Both the position numbers and the translations under genes were made by a program. The notes beneath the pieces are model-generated. The model ran no database searches and had not been told where the DNA came from. It saw only the letters and a list, made by a program, of their open reading frames with translations. This document shows, piece by piece, positions 1 to 9,562 of a stretch of 64,000 nt of DNA (position 1 is the first letter of the stretch; each line of letters begins with the position of its first letter). The DNA lies in NCBI GenBank assembly GCA_963805545.1, contig CAWDUU010000002.1:1859-65858 (forward strand). Reading direction: 5' to 3'. Source of the DNA: an uncultured Actinomycetes bacterium (GTDB lineage: Bacteria > Actinomycetota > Thermoleophilia > Gaiellales > JAICJC01).

Positions 1-142
1 TCGTCTCGGACAGGTTCGTCCAGTGCGCGATCCGCTGCATCTCGGCATCGGAGAGGCTGCTGCCGTCGAGCACGACCGCGACGGGATTCCCGCGGTACGG
101 CTCGGTCGTGAAGACGTCGACCTGGGCGAACGGGCGTTTCAC
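1..142 (-). CDS. PhzF-family isomerase, N-terminal fragment (gene runs off left edge)
   Basis: Reverse strand from GTG at 142 reads [47 protein letters not shown]. This matches the typical PhzF/YddE N-terminus (QVDVFT..GNP.AVV...L....MQ.IA...NLSET). Too short to appear in the ORF track. Confidence 0.6.
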   Translation of the reverse strand, partial: MKRPFAQVDVFTTEPYRGNPVAVVLDGSSLSDAEMQRIAHWTNLSET

Positions 143-256
143 GGCGGCAAGTGTACGCGGGCGCAGCACCGCCGGCACGATCTCCCGGGAAGATGCTCCT
201 CGGGCGCTGACCCCATTTTTACCTGCTCGTTACAGGCTCCAAGTACCATCCCAGAC

Positions 257-1150
257 ATGGGTCGGGGTCGGGCGATACGACTCGGGACTGGTGCGGCTGC
301 CGGCGGCGTGCTGCTGGGCGCCGTGATGGTCGAGGTTGCTCAGGCGGACGGCGTGCGCAGCGTCGGCGAGACCGTGCGCGGGGCGGACGTGGCCCTGCTG
401 GTGGCCGCGGCCGCGGCCGAGGCGTGGCGCTACCTCTTCTCGGGCGCGCTGCTTCGCCTCCTCACCGGCTTCCAGTACGCCATCGCGGTGCGGATCTCGA
501 CCGCCGCGCTCGCCCTCGGCGCACTCGTCCCCGGCGCCCAGCTCCCGGGTGGCGGCATCGCCTTCCGCGAGCTCCGCCGCCGCGCGATCCCCCGCCGGCG
601 TGCGCTTGCCGTCTCGACCGCTCTGATCCTGGTCGTCCCGGCCGCGTCGCTGGCGCTTCTGTCCGGCCCGGCGCTCCTTCTCGCCGGCACGAAGTCGGAC
701 CTGCCGTCGAGCTGGCGGGCGATCCTCGACCTGCTCGGCATCGCCGCGCTCATGCTCGCGGCGGCGATCCTGCTCGTCGTCGCGGTCGGCCGCCGTGCGC
801 ACCACGCGCCGGCGTCGCTCGGTTTCGGCGTCGGCGCCTGGCTCGCCGACGGGGCCTGCCTGTGGCTCATGGCCATGGCGCTCCACATCGACCTCGACGC
901 GGCCACGATCCCGATCGCCGTCCTGGCGGCCGCGGCGATCATGGCCGTCCCGGCCGTCCCCGGCGGAGTCGGCACGGTGGAGGTCGCCGTCCCGTTCATC
1001 CTCGCCACGGGCTCCACCTCGTACGCCGAGGCCGCCCTGGCCGTGCTGGCCTGGCGCGTGCTCTCGTTCTGGCTGCCGACGGCGGCCGGTGCCGGCGCGC
1101 TCGCCACGCTGCGCCGTCCCTCCCGCGTCCGGCCGCCCGCAACCGCGTAG
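257..1150 (+). CDS. UPF0104 / lysyl-phosphatidylglycerol-synthase-TM-like (flippase-like) membrane protein
   Basis: ATG at 257 inside ORF 23..1150. Multiple hydrophobic helices. AVPAVPGGVGTVEVAVPFIL resembles the P-x-PGG-x-G-x-E signature of this family. Confidence 0.55.
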   Translation: MGRGRAIRLGTGAAAGGVLLGAVMVEVAQADGVRSVGETVRGADVALLVAAAAAEAWRYLFSGALLRLLTGFQYAIAVRISTAALALGALVPGAQLPGGGIAFRELRRRAIPRRRALAVSTALILVVPAASLALLSGPALLLAGTKSDLPSSWRAILDLLGIAALMLAAAILLVVAVGRRAHHAPASLGFGVGAWLADGACLWLMAMALHIDLDAATIPIAVLAAAAIMAVPAVPGGVGTVEVAVPFILATGSTSYAEAALAVLAWRVLSFWLPTAAGAGALATLRRPSRVRPPATA

Positions 1151-1166
1151 CGACTAGCATCGGCGC

Positions 1167-1817
1167 GTGAACGCCGAGGCGCCGATCGGCATCCTTGGGG
1201 GCGACTGGGCGGGGATCGCCGTCGCCGACGCCGTCCAGCGGGCGCTGCCGCACGAGGACGTGGTCTACCTGGCCGACCAGGCGTGGGCCCCCTACGCCGG
1301 CCGGCCGGGCGCGGTGGTGCAGGACCGCGTGGAGCGGATGGCGGCCGACCTCGTCGAGCAGCACGGGTGCAAGCTGGTCGTGCTGGCCTCGCTCCAGGCG
1401 ACGCTCGACGGCCTGGAGGCGGCCCGGGCCCGCATCGGCACGGTACCGGTCGTGGGGCTGGAGCCGGGGCCGGTGCTCGCGCGGGCGGCCGCGCTGGCCG
1501 GGTCGGGCAAGGTGCGGGCCGTGATGGGGACGGGGTGCGTGCGCGGGCAGCAACTCCGCGGCGAGCTGAAGCGCGGCCGCGACCGCTCGCTCCCGGCCGG
1601 GATCGCGCCGATCGACGCCGACGTGGCGGCGCTCCTGTGCGCCCACGCGTGCGCGGAGCCGCCCGCCGGCCGGCCCTTCGTGAGCGCGACGGAGCTGGCG
1701 GCGGCGTCGGCCTGCGCGACCGTCCGCGGGATGGGCGGGGTGGCCCGGCGCAGGCGGCGCGGGCGCCGGATCCTGGTGAGCTCCTCCCCGCGTGCCGCCG
1801 CTACGATCGCCAAATGA
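1167..1817 (+). CDS. Degenerate Asp/Glu racemase (MurI-like) protein
   Basis: PIGILGGDWAGIAV..LPHEDVVYLADQAWAPYAG..CKLVVLASLQAT follows the MurI layout (IGVFDSGVGG..LP.E.IY.GD.A.PYG..LVIACNTAS). The first catalytic Cys motif is replaced by ASLQAT and the protein is short. Its stop overlaps the next start (ATGA at 1814). Confidence 0.35.
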   Translation: MNAEAPIGILGGDWAGIAVADAVQRALPHEDVVYLADQAWAPYAGRPGAVVQDRVERMAADLVEQHGCKLVVLASLQATLDGLEAARARIGTVPVVGLEPGPVLARAAALAGSGKVRAVMGTGCVRGQQLRGELKRGRDRSLPAGIAPIDADVAALLCAHACAEPPAGRPFVSATELAAASACATVRGMGGVARRRRRGRRILVSSSPRAAATIAK

Positions 1818-2659
1818 CGCTCACCGTCACGTGCGAGCTGGTGCCGCCGCGGGGCGCCGACCCGGAGGCCGTACGCACGGCCGCGAAGCGGTGGGGCGCC
1901 ATCGCCGACGCCGTGAACGTCACCGACGGCGCGCGGGCCTCGGTGCGCATGTCGGCGCTGGCGACGGTGGCGATCATGCGCCAGGAGGGCGTCGACGCGA
2001 TCCTCCAGATGACCGTGCGCGACCGGAACCGGATCGCGCTCGCGGCCGACGCGCTCGGTGCGGCGGCGCTCGGCGTGCGCGGCTTCCTGGCGCTGTGGGG
2101 CGACCCGGTCAAGGTCGGCGAGAACCCCGACGCCGCCGAGGTGCGCGACCTCGAGACGGCCGAGCTGATCGGCCTCCTGGCCGGCATCCGCGAGGGGAAG
2201 CTGCCGGGCGGGCGCGAGCTCGACGGCCCGCCGCCGTCCTACCTGGTCGGCTCCGCCGCCAGCGCCGGCCCGGCGCCGGTCGACGGCCTCGTGGCGAAGC
2301 TCGACGCCGGCTCCGACCTCGTCCAGACCCAGATCGTGCTCGACGCCGAGGGCTTCGCCGAGTGGTTCGGGCGCTGCCGCGAGGCGGGCGTGGCCGAGCG
2401 GGCGACCGTGCTCGCCGGGATCGCGGTGCCGAGGTCGGGAGAGTGGATCGCGCGGATGGAGAAGATGGGCGCGCGGGCGTCGGCCGAACTGGCCGAGCGG
2501 GCGGAGAAGGGCGAGGGCGCCGAGGCGGTCGCCGACCTGATCGAGCAGCTCTCCAAGGTCGAGGGGCTGGCGGGCGTCCACCTGATGCCGCTCGGCTCTC
2601 CGCCGGAGCTGATCCGCGACCTCGCCGAGCATGCCCGGCGGTCGTTCGCCTCGAAGTAA
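1814..2659 (+). CDS. metF: Methylenetetrahydrofolate reductase family protein
   Basis: ATG 1814 in the frame of ORF 1283..2659. TCELVPPRG, VNVTDGARASVRMS, LQMTVRDRN and LALWGDP match MTHFR family blocks. Confidence 0.75.
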   Translation: MTLTVTCELVPPRGADPEAVRTAAKRWGAIADAVNVTDGARASVRMSALATVAIMRQEGVDAILQMTVRDRNRIALAADALGAAALGVRGFLALWGDPVKVGENPDAAEVRDLETAELIGLLAGIREGKLPGGRELDGPPPSYLVGSAASAGPAPVDGLVAKLDAGSDLVQTQIVLDAEGFAEWFGRCREAGVAERATVLAGIAVPRSGEWIARMEKMGARASAELAERAEKGEGAEAVADLIEQLSKVEGLAGVHLMPLGSPPELIRDLAEHARRSFASK

Positions 2660-2669
2660 GCTTCGGCCC

Positions 2670-3428
2670 ATGCGTTGGCCGGGTGGGTTGGGCCTTGCCG
2701 TCGCGGCGCTCCTCTGCGCCGCATGCAACGGGGCCGGGGAGTCGTCGCCTGCGGATGCGGCGAAGCCCGCGAAGCAGATCGAGCCGCGATCGGCCACCGC
2801 CGAGGCCGCGGCGCCTGCCAAGGCGCGGCCGACCGAGGTCAAGGTCGTGATCCCGCCGGGGCCCGCACACGGCCCGGCCTACCTCGTGGCCCGCATCCGC
2901 CGGCCGCTCCCCACGCGATTCGGCATGGTGCCCGACAAGAGCCAGTTCGGGCAGCCGGTGTGGGTGCCGGTCGTCCGCCACCGCGGCGACCGCGGCCGTC
3001 TGCTCGTCCCCCTCGGGAAGCGCGGCCGTCTCGTGGGCGCCGATCTCGCGAAAATGCCGCTCCAGTGGCGGCGGGTGAGCGTCGTGATCGACCTCTCGGC
3101 AGAGCGGATGGTCGTCCGTGCCGGCCACCGGCCCCTCGGAGCGTTCCCCGTCGGGAAGGGTGCGCCCGCGACGCCGACGCCCACCGGCCGCTTCTTCGTC
3201 ACCGACCGGCTCCGGTTCGGGCAGGGGAGCCCGTACGCCCCGTTCGCGGTCGGGCTCTCGGCCCACGTCTCCCAGCTGCCGCCGTCGTGGCTGGGCGGCG
3301 ACCAGGTGGCGATCCACTACGGCGCGCTCGGCGCTGTCAGCCACGGCTGCATCCACGCCGGGCTGGACGCGATCCGGCTGCTCCAGCGGCGGGTCGGGCT
3401 GGGGACGCTCGTGACCATCAAGGCCTGA
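2670..3428 (+). CDS. L,D-transpeptidase (YkuD domain) lipoprotein
   Basis: ATG 2670. Signal peptide with lipobox (LLCAAC). C-terminal AVSHGCIHAG matches the catalytic SHGC(I/V)R motif. Confidence 0.75.
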   Translation: MRWPGGLGLAVAALLCAACNGAGESSPADAAKPAKQIEPRSATAEAAAPAKARPTEVKVVIPPGPAHGPAYLVARIRRPLPTRFGMVPDKSQFGQPVWVPVVRHRGDRGRLLVPLGKRGRLVGADLAKMPLQWRRVSVVIDLSAERMVVRAGHRPLGAFPVGKGAPATPTPTGRFFVTDRLRFGQGSPYAPFAVGLSAHVSQLPPSWLGGDQVAIHYGALGAVSHGCIHAGLDAIRLLQRRVGLGTLVTIKA

Positions 3429-3440
3429 CGCAAGAACCGG

Positions 3441-3608
3441 GTGTACGCTCGGCGCACGTTCACGCCTGCGCCCATCCTCCAGACGATCGTCGCCGTCGTC
3501 GCCGTCGTGGCATTCCTGGCGACCGACAACCCGGTGCCCGCCGCGATCATCGCCGTCGCCGGCGTCGTCGCCTGGGGCGGCTACCTGATCCGGCGGCGGC
3601 GGCCGTGA
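3441..3608 (+). CDS. Small two-helix membrane protein (hypothetical)
   Basis: GTG 3441 gives a 55-aa product, VYARRTFTPAPILQTIVAVVAVVAFLATDNPVPAAIIAVAGVVAWGGYLIRRRRP. Its stop overlaps the SDR GTG start (GTGA). Below the ORF-track size cutoff. Confidence 0.35.
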   Translation: MYARRTFTPAPILQTIVAVVAVVAFLATDNPVPAAIIAVAGVVAWGGYLIRRRRP

Positions 3609-4336
3609 GCCGGATCGCGGTCGTGACCGGCGCCGCGTCGGGGATCGGCGCGGCGAGCGCCCGGCGGCTGGCCGAGGAGGGCGCCGAGCTGTGGCTGGTC
3701 GACCGCGCGGAGGAGGCCCTTGGCCGGTTGGCCGTGTCGCTCGGTGCCAATCGGGTGGTCGCCGACGTCACCGAGCCCGGCGCCGCCGATCGTGTGATCG
3801 AGGAGGCGGGCGGCGTCGACGTGCTCGTGACCGCCGCCGGGGCGATCCTGCGCCGCACGGCCGAGGAGACGAGCGACGCCGAGTGGGATGCCGCGCTCGC
3901 GCTCAACCTGACCGCCACCTTCCGGTTCTGCCGGGCCGCGATCCCGGCGATGCGCGAGCGCGGGGGCGGCGCGATCGTGACGGTCGGCTCCGGCTGGGGC
4001 CTCGTGGCCGGGCCGCGGGCGGTCGCCTACGCGGCCACGAAGGCGGCGGTCGTGAACCTCACCCGCGCGCTCGCCATCGACCACGGCCCCGACGGCATCC
4101 GCGCCAACTGCGTCTGCCCCGGCGACACGCAGACGCCGCTCCTGCGCGACGAGCTGGCCCAGCTCGGGGAGGACGCCGACGCCGGCATCGCCGCCTCGGG
4201 CGCCGGCCGCCCGCTCGGCCGGGTGGCGGAGCCGGGCGAGATCGCCGCCGCCGTCGCCTGGCTGGCCTCGCCCGACGCCGGCCACGTGACCGGGACGACG
4301 CTGGTCGTGGACGGCGGCGGGCTCGCGGGTGGCTAG
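3605..4336 (+). CDS. Short-chain dehydrogenase/reductase (SDR)
   Basis: GTG 3605. VTGAASGIGAA (TGxxxGxG), YAATKAAV (YxxxK) and a C-terminal GTTLVVDGG. Confidence 0.85.
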   Translation: MSRIAVVTGAASGIGAASARRLAEEGAELWLVDRAEEALGRLAVSLGANRVVADVTEPGAADRVIEEAGGVDVLVTAAGAILRRTAEETSDAEWDAALALNLTATFRFCRAAIPAMRERGGGAIVTVGSGWGLVAGPRAVAYAATKAAVVNLTRALAIDHGPDGIRANCVCPGDTQTPLLRDELAQLGEDADAGIAASGAGRPLGRVAEPGEIAAAVAWLASPDAGHVTGTTLVVDGGGLAGG

Positions 4337-4345
4337 ATTCAGGCC

Positions 4346-5107
4346 GTGAAGATCGCGACCTGGAACGTGAACTCGCTGCGCGCGCGGCTGCCGCGGGTGC
4401 TGGAGCTGCTCGAGCTGCACAAGCCCGACGTCCTCCTGATGCAGGAGACCAAGCTCGACCCGGGCAGGTTCCCGAAGCTCGACTTCGAGGCCGCCGGCTA
4501 CGAGGCGGCCGACCACTCCGCGGGCCGGTGGGCGGGCGTCGCCATCGCCTCCCGGCACGGCATCGCCAACGTCGCGACGGGCCTCCCCGGCGAGCCCGAC
4601 CCGGCCGAGGCCCGCTGGATCGAGGCCGACGTCGACGGCCTTCGGCTGGCGTCGGTCTACGTCCCCAACGGCCGCGCGGTCGGTACCGACACGTTCGCCG
4701 CCAAGCTCGCCTTCCTGGATGCGATGGGGCCGCACGTCGCGGCGATCGACGTCCTCGGCGGCGACATGAACGTGTGCCCGACCGACGACGACGTCTACGA
4801 CCCGGCCGCGTTCGCCGGCGAGACCCACGTGACGCCGGAGGAGCGCGAGCGGCTGGCCGCCGTCGTCGCGGCCGGGATGGTCGACGCCTACCGCGCCTTC
4901 GCGCCCGGCGTGCAGCAGTTCACCTGGTGGGACTACCGCCAGGGCCACTTCCACCGCGGGTTCGGCCTGCGCATCGACCTGCTCCTCGTGAAGGCCGCGC
5001 TCGCGCCTGGGATCGAGAACGTCGGCATCGACCGCAACTTCCGCAAGGGGCCGAAGCCCTCCGACCATGCGCCGCTCCTGATGGATCTCACCCTTCCGGG
5101 GGCTTGA
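4346..5107 (+). CDS. xthA: Exodeoxyribonuclease III
   Basis: MKIATWNVNSLRARLPRVLELLELHKPDVLLMQETK, plus a C-terminal SDHAPL. Length and motifs are typical of the Xth/AP endonuclease family. Confidence 0.9.
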   Translation: MKIATWNVNSLRARLPRVLELLELHKPDVLLMQETKLDPGRFPKLDFEAAGYEAADHSAGRWAGVAIASRHGIANVATGLPGEPDPAEARWIEADVDGLRLASVYVPNGRAVGTDTFAAKLAFLDAMGPHVAAIDVLGGDMNVCPTDDDVYDPAAFAGETHVTPEERERLAAVVAAGMVDAYRAFAPGVQQFTWWDYRQGHFHRGFGLRIDLLLVKAALAPGIENVGIDRNFRKGPKPSDHAPLLMDLTLPGA

Positions 5108-5163
5108 CAGGCGCCGGAGCGCCCGGACAGTGGAGTCAGGTTCGGTTCGCGGAGGAGTGTGAC

Positions 5164-5358
5164 ATGGCTGGAAAGAGATTCACGCAGGTCTTCGGGCGGG
5201 ACGGCGAGCAGGAGCTCGAGCCGATCGAGACCGATGACGACGTGCGCCAGGCGATGGCGCGCATCGACCGCTACGTCGCGGCCCGGCCGCTCGACCGGCG
5301 CCGGCAGGACTCCCAGGTGCACCCCCTGGGCAAGGTCATAAGCCTCTGGCCGCGCTGA
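5164..5358 (+). CDS. Small hypothetical protein (64 aa)
   Basis: ATG 5164 in the tail of ORF 3691..5358: MAGKRFTQVFGRDGEQELEPIETDDDVRQAMARIDRYV... The composition looks like a real protein, unlike the Arg/Pro-rich stretch upstream. No family recognised. Confidence 0.3.
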   Translation: MAGKRFTQVFGRDGEQELEPIETDDDVRQAMARIDRYVAARPLDRRRQDSQVHPLGKVISLWPR

Positions 5359-5400
5359 CCCCGCGGCGCACCGGCACGCGCCCCGGATAGGATCGGGGCG

Positions 5401-6249
5401 ATGCCGATGCTGCTCGCCGCAACCGTGACGCCGCTTCGCGACGGCGGCGCCGCTCTGGACGACGACGCGATCGCCCCGATGGCGGCGTTCCTCGCCGAGG
5501 GAGGCGTGGACGGCCTCTTCGCGCTCGGCACCACCGGCGAGGGCGTGCTGCTCTCGCTCGAGGAGCGGATGCGCGCCGCCACGGCCTTCAGGGAGGCGTG
5601 CGAGGGAACGCTGATCGTCCACTGCGGCGCCCAGTCCACCGCCGACACCGTCGCGCTGTCGGCCCACGCCGCCTCGATCGGCGCCGACGGCGTGGCCGTC
5701 ATCCCGCCGCCGTACTACCCCTTCGGGCCCGGCGCGGTGCTTGATCACCTCGCGTCCGCCGCGGCGGCCTGCAACCCGGTGCCGTTCTATCCCTACGCGT
5801 TCACCGCGCGCAGCGGCTATCCGCTCGAGATCGGCGTGGTCGAGCGCCTCCGGGAGCGGGCCTCGAACCTGGCCGGCCTCAAGGTGTCGGAGTCGCCGTT
5901 CGACCGCGTCGCCCCGTACCTGGAGCTGGGCCTGCCGGTGTTCGTCGGTTCGGAGCCGCTCATTCCGCAGGGGCTCGCGGCCGGCGCGTTCGGCTCCGTC
6001 TCCGGGATCGCCGCCGCCTTCCCCGAGATCGTGCGCGCCGTCGTCGACGCGCCCGACGAGGCCGGCGCGGCCCGCCTCCGCGAGCTGCGCGCCGCGGTCG
6101 AGCGCCACCCGTTCCAGGCGGCGCTCAAGACGGCGCTCGCCGCTCGCGGCATCGCGGTGTCGGCCGACGTCCGCGCCCCGCTCGATCGCATCGACCCCGA
6201 GGGTGCGGAAGCGATCCGCGCGCTCGTCGACGCGACGTTTGTTAAATAA
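5401..6249 (+). CDS. DapA/NanA-family class I aldolase (dihydrodipicolinate synthase family)
   Basis: GVDGLFALGTTGEG, a Schiff-base Lys context (GLKVS), about 280 aa. Confidence 0.8.
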   Translation: MPMLLAATVTPLRDGGAALDDDAIAPMAAFLAEGGVDGLFALGTTGEGVLLSLEERMRAATAFREACEGTLIVHCGAQSTADTVALSAHAASIGADGVAVIPPPYYPFGPGAVLDHLASAAAACNPVPFYPYAFTARSGYPLEIGVVERLRERASNLAGLKVSESPFDRVAPYLELGLPVFVGSEPLIPQGLAAGAFGSVSGIAAAFPEIVRAVVDAPDEAGAARLRELRAAVERHPFQAALKTALAARGIAVSADVRAPLDRIDPEGAEAIRALVDATFVK

Positions 6250-6250
6250 C

Positions 6251-6279
6251 TTGCGCACCTCCTGAGGCGGTGGTATGTT
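6251..6279 (+). promoter_or_regulatory. Candidate sigma-70-type promoter (TTGCGC-17-TATGTT)
   Basis: TTGCGC at 6251-6256, a 17-nt spacer, then TATGTT at 6274-6279. It lies in a visibly lower-GC intergenic stretch after the DapA-like gene. Confidence 0.3.
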
Positions 6280-6570
6280 GGGCGCGCGTACTAGTCAGCG
6301 TCCCACCACCCGGAAAGGAGGCAATGTCGTGAATCTCATGCTCAGCGCGGATATGACGGTTGCCCTCCCGGTGTGGATCGGCCATTCGGCCGGGGCGACG
6401 CGGGCGCTTTGCGCGCACGTCGCGGCGTAGAGCCTCAGCGCTCCACCCGGCGTAACGTCAGTCCCCGGCCCTCGCGGCCGCGCTCGTTCGTTAACTCCCA
6501 CTCCGGTAACGGGAGGCAGCTGCATGCTCGGACATATCCATTACGTAACACACCAGAGAGGAGGTGACTC

Positions 6571-6747
6571 ATGAATACGCATCCTGACGTCCGTGTCGCG
6601 CTGGCCGTCTCGTACCTGGCCGAAACCCTGGAGCGCGCCCGCCAGGACGAGATCCGGCGCTCGATCGCGGACAGCCGCCCCGAGCGCACGAAGGCCAGGC
6701 GGCGCCGCATCATGCGCCGTGCCCGCGTCCCGCAGGAGGCAGCATGA
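6571..6747 (+). CDS. Small basic hypothetical protein (58 aa)
   Basis: ATG 6571 is preceded by AGAGAGGAGG about 6 nt upstream. Product: MNTHPDVRVALAVSYLAETLERARQDEIRRSIADSRPERTKARRRRIMRRARVPQEAA. Below the ORF-track cutoff. Confidence 0.4.
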   Translation: MNTHPDVRVALAVSYLAETLERARQDEIRRSIADSRPERTKARRRRIMRRARVPQEAA

Positions 6748-6907
6748 GCAGGGAGCGCGCTCCCCCTGGAGCCCCGGGGCGCAACATGGCGGAAGACATG
6801 AACGTCGTCGCCGCGGATGGCCGGCAGGACGGCCACCGCGGCGGCGGCGGGCCGGCGGCCGCCGCTCGCCGGTTCCGCATCGGATACCGTCTGGATCTGG
6901 CAGCCCG

Positions 6908-7582
6908 ATGCCGTCGCCGATCCAGCCCCTTCCAGATCAGAGCCTGGCCGACGCGGTCGCAGACCGCCTGCGCGAGGCGATCCGCCACGGGGAGTACGCG
7001 CCGGGGCAGCGGCTGGTCGAGCGGACGCTCTCGGACCGGCTCGGCGTGAGCCACATCCCCGTCCGGGAGGCGCTCACGAAGCTCGAGGACGAGGGGCTCG
7101 TCGTCCGCCTTCCCCGCCGCGGTGCGCGCGTCGCGATGCTCTCGCCGAAGAGCATCGCCGAGGTGTCGAGCATGCGCCTCGTGCTCGAGGCGTTCGTCGT
7201 GCGGCGGGTGTGCGAGCGGTGGACGACCCGGGCCGAGCGCGACCTGACGCGCCTTGCCGACCGCATGCTGGCCGCGGCCGAGAGGGGCGACACCGCCGCC
7301 GTGCTCGATCTCGACCACCGCTTCCACGAGCGGCTGTGGGAGCAGGCCGACCATTCGATCCTGATCGAGGTGGCCGCCGGCCTGCGCGGCCGCATCAACA
7401 GCTTCCTGCGCGCCACGATCGAGACGCTCTCCCCGGACGAGCTCGTCGCCCACGCGATGAACCACCACGCCCTCACCCAGGTGATCGCCGCCGGTGACGC
7501 CGACGCCGCGGTCGAGGCGATGTGCGCCCACATCCGGGCCGCCGCCGACCGGATCGAGGATCGTCCAACCCCCGATCGTTAG
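6908..7582 (+). CDS. GntR-family transcriptional regulator (FadR/FCD subfamily)
   Basis: ATG 6908 in ORF 6593..7582. Winged HTH (LVERTLSDRLGVSHIPVREALTKLEDEGLV) plus a helical FCD-type C-terminal domain. Confidence 0.85.
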   Translation: MPSPIQPLPDQSLADAVADRLREAIRHGEYAPGQRLVERTLSDRLGVSHIPVREALTKLEDEGLVVRLPRRGARVAMLSPKSIAEVSSMRLVLEAFVVRRVCERWTTRAERDLTRLADRMLAAAERGDTAAVLDLDHRFHERLWEQADHSILIEVAAGLRGRINSFLRATIETLSPDELVAHAMNHHALTQVIAAGDADAAVEAMCAHIRAAADRIEDRPTPDR

Positions 7583-7592
7583 ACTCGGGCCG

Positions 7593-9530
7593 ATGGCAGA
7601 GGTACCCACAGCGGCCGGGCGAAAGCCGGACGAGGGCCCCGGGCAGAGCCTGGGCCGGCGGATGGCCTCGATGCCCGGCGGCAACCGGTTCTGGCTCATC
7701 CTCCTCGTCCTGCTCGCCGTGAACTACGTGATCGCCGGGCAGGCATCGAGCGGCCCGTCGCGGCTCCAGGTGCCCTACAGCTTCTTCCGGGCCGAGGTCG
7801 GCAAGGGCAACGTGGTCGAGGTGACCTCGACCGGCGACACCATCGAGGGCGACTTCAAGAAGGAGACGGCGCCGCCCAAGGGCGTCGACGGGTCGCCGTC
7901 CACGCACTTCAAGACCGAGCGGCCGGCGTTCGCGGACGACGGGCTGATCGACCTCCTGCTCCAGAAGGACGTCGTCATCAACGCCCACCCGATCGACGAG
8001 GGCCAGCCGCTGTGGCAGACGCTGCTCTTCGGCTTCGGGCCGACCATCCTCCTCGTCGGCCTCTTCGTCCTGCTGATGCGCCGGGCGCAGTCGGCCGCGG
8101 GCGGTGCGCTGGGTGGTTTCGGTCGCTCGCGCGCCAAGCGCTACGACTCGGCCGAGACGAAGGAGCAGGTGGACTTCGACGACGTGGCCGGGATCGACGA
8201 GGCCGAGGACGAGCTGGTCGAGGTGGTCGACTTCCTGCGAAACCCCGAGCGCTACACCAAGCTCGGCGCGAGCGTCCCCCGCGGCGTCCTGCTCTCGGGC
8301 CTGCCCGGCACGGGCAAGACGCTCCTGGCGCGGGCCGTGGCCGGCGAGGCCGGCGTGCCGTTCTTCTCGCTCTCGGCCTCGGAGTTCATCGAGGCGATCG
8401 TCGGCGTCGGAGCGAGCCGCGTCCGCGACCTCTTCGCCCAGGCCAAGGCCGCGGCGCCGGCGATCATCTTCATCGACGAGCTCGACGCCATCGGCCGCGC
8501 CCGCGGCGGCGGCGCGGCGCTCGGCGGTCACGACGAGCGCGAGCAGACCCTGAACCAGATCCTGACCGAGATGGACGGCTTCTCCGGGTCGGAGGGCGTG
8601 ATCGTGATCGCCTCGACGAACCGGCCCGAGGTGCTCGACTCGGCGCTCCTTCGGCCCGGCCGGTTCGACCGGCGCGTGACCGTGAACCCGCCCGACCAGA
8701 CCGGCCGCAGGCTCATCCTCGACGTGCACACGCGCGGCGTGCCGCTGGCCGGCGACGTCGACCTCCAGGCCATCGCCGCGAGCACTCCCGGCATGGTCGG
8801 GGCCGACCTGCGAAACCTCGTGAACGAGGCGGCCCTGACCGCGGCCCGCCGAAGCCACGAGCGCGTCCAGCTCGCCGACTTCACCGACTCGCTCGAGAAG
8901 ATCGTGCTCGGCGCCGAGCGGCGGATCGTGCTCTCGCCGGCAGAGCGGGAGCGCACCGCCTACCACGAGTCCGGGCACGCGCTGCTCGGCATGCTCCAGC
9001 CCGGCGCCGACCCGGTGCGCAAGATCTCGATCATCCCCCGCGGCCGGGCGCTCGGCGTCACGTTCCAGAGCCCGGAGAGCGACCGCTACGGCTACTCGGC
9101 CGACTACCTGCGCGGGCGGCTGATCGGCTCGCTCGGCGGGCGCGCGGCGGAGCTTCTCGTCTACGACGACCTCACGACGGGCGCGGAGTCGGACCTCGAG
9201 CAGGCGACCGCGATCGCGCGCATGATGGCCGGCCGGTGGGGGATGTCAGAGGCCGTCGGCCCCGTGTCGGTGCTGCCCGGGCCGAATGACGAGCCGACCC
9301 TCTTCCCGGGCGTCGACCAGCCGTCGGAGCGCACCCGCGAGCTGGTCGACGGCGAGGCGCGCCGGATCCTCGACGAGTGCGCCGACGCGGCGTTCGCCCA
9401 GCTGCGCGACCACCGCGACCAGCTCGAGGCGCTCACCCGGGCGCTGCTCGAGCACGAGACGCTCGACGAGGCCGACGCCTACCGGATCGCGGGCATCGAC
9501 CGGGTGCCGCCGGCGCCGGCTCCAGCTTGA
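7593..9530 (+). CDS. ftsH: ATP-dependent zinc metalloprotease FtsH
   Basis: Two N-terminal TM segments, Walker A GLPGTGKT, Walker [12 protein letters not shown], and the zinc site HESGHAL. Confidence 0.95.
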   Translation: MAEVPTAAGRKPDEGPGQSLGRRMASMPGGNRFWLILLVLLAVNYVIAGQASSGPSRLQVPYSFFRAEVGKGNVVEVTSTGDTIEGDFKKETAPPKGVDGSPSTHFKTERPAFADDGLIDLLLQKDVVINAHPIDEGQPLWQTLLFGFGPTILLVGLFVLLMRRAQSAAGGALGGFGRSRAKRYDSAETKEQVDFDDVAGIDEAEDELVEVVDFLRNPERYTKLGASVPRGVLLSGLPGTGKTLLARAVAGEAGVPFFSLSASEFIEAIVGVGASRVRDLFAQAKAAAPAIIFIDELDAIGRARGGGAALGGHDEREQTLNQILTEMDGFSGSEGVIVIASTNRPEVLDSALLRPGRFDRRVTVNPPDQTGRRLILDVHTRGVPLAGDVDLQAIAASTPGMVGADLRNLVNEAALTAARRSHERVQLADFTDSLEKIVLGAERRIVLSPAERERTAYHESGHALLGMLQPGADPVRKISIIPRGRALGVTFQSPESDRYGYSADYLRGRLIGSLGGRAAELLVYDDLTTGAESDLEQATAIARMMAGRWGMSEAVGPVSVLPGPNDEPTLFPGVDQPSERTRELVDGEARRILDECADAAFAQLRDHRDQLEALTRALLEHETLDEADAYRIAGIDRVPPAPAPA

Positions 9531-9562
9531 CGGATTCCGCCGCGCGTGCGAGCATCTGGACG

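Noticed and set aside
6329-6430. 33-codon ORF after GGAAAGGAGG as a real gene.
   Set aside because: Too short and with no recognisable features. It is mentioned only within the leader-region finding.
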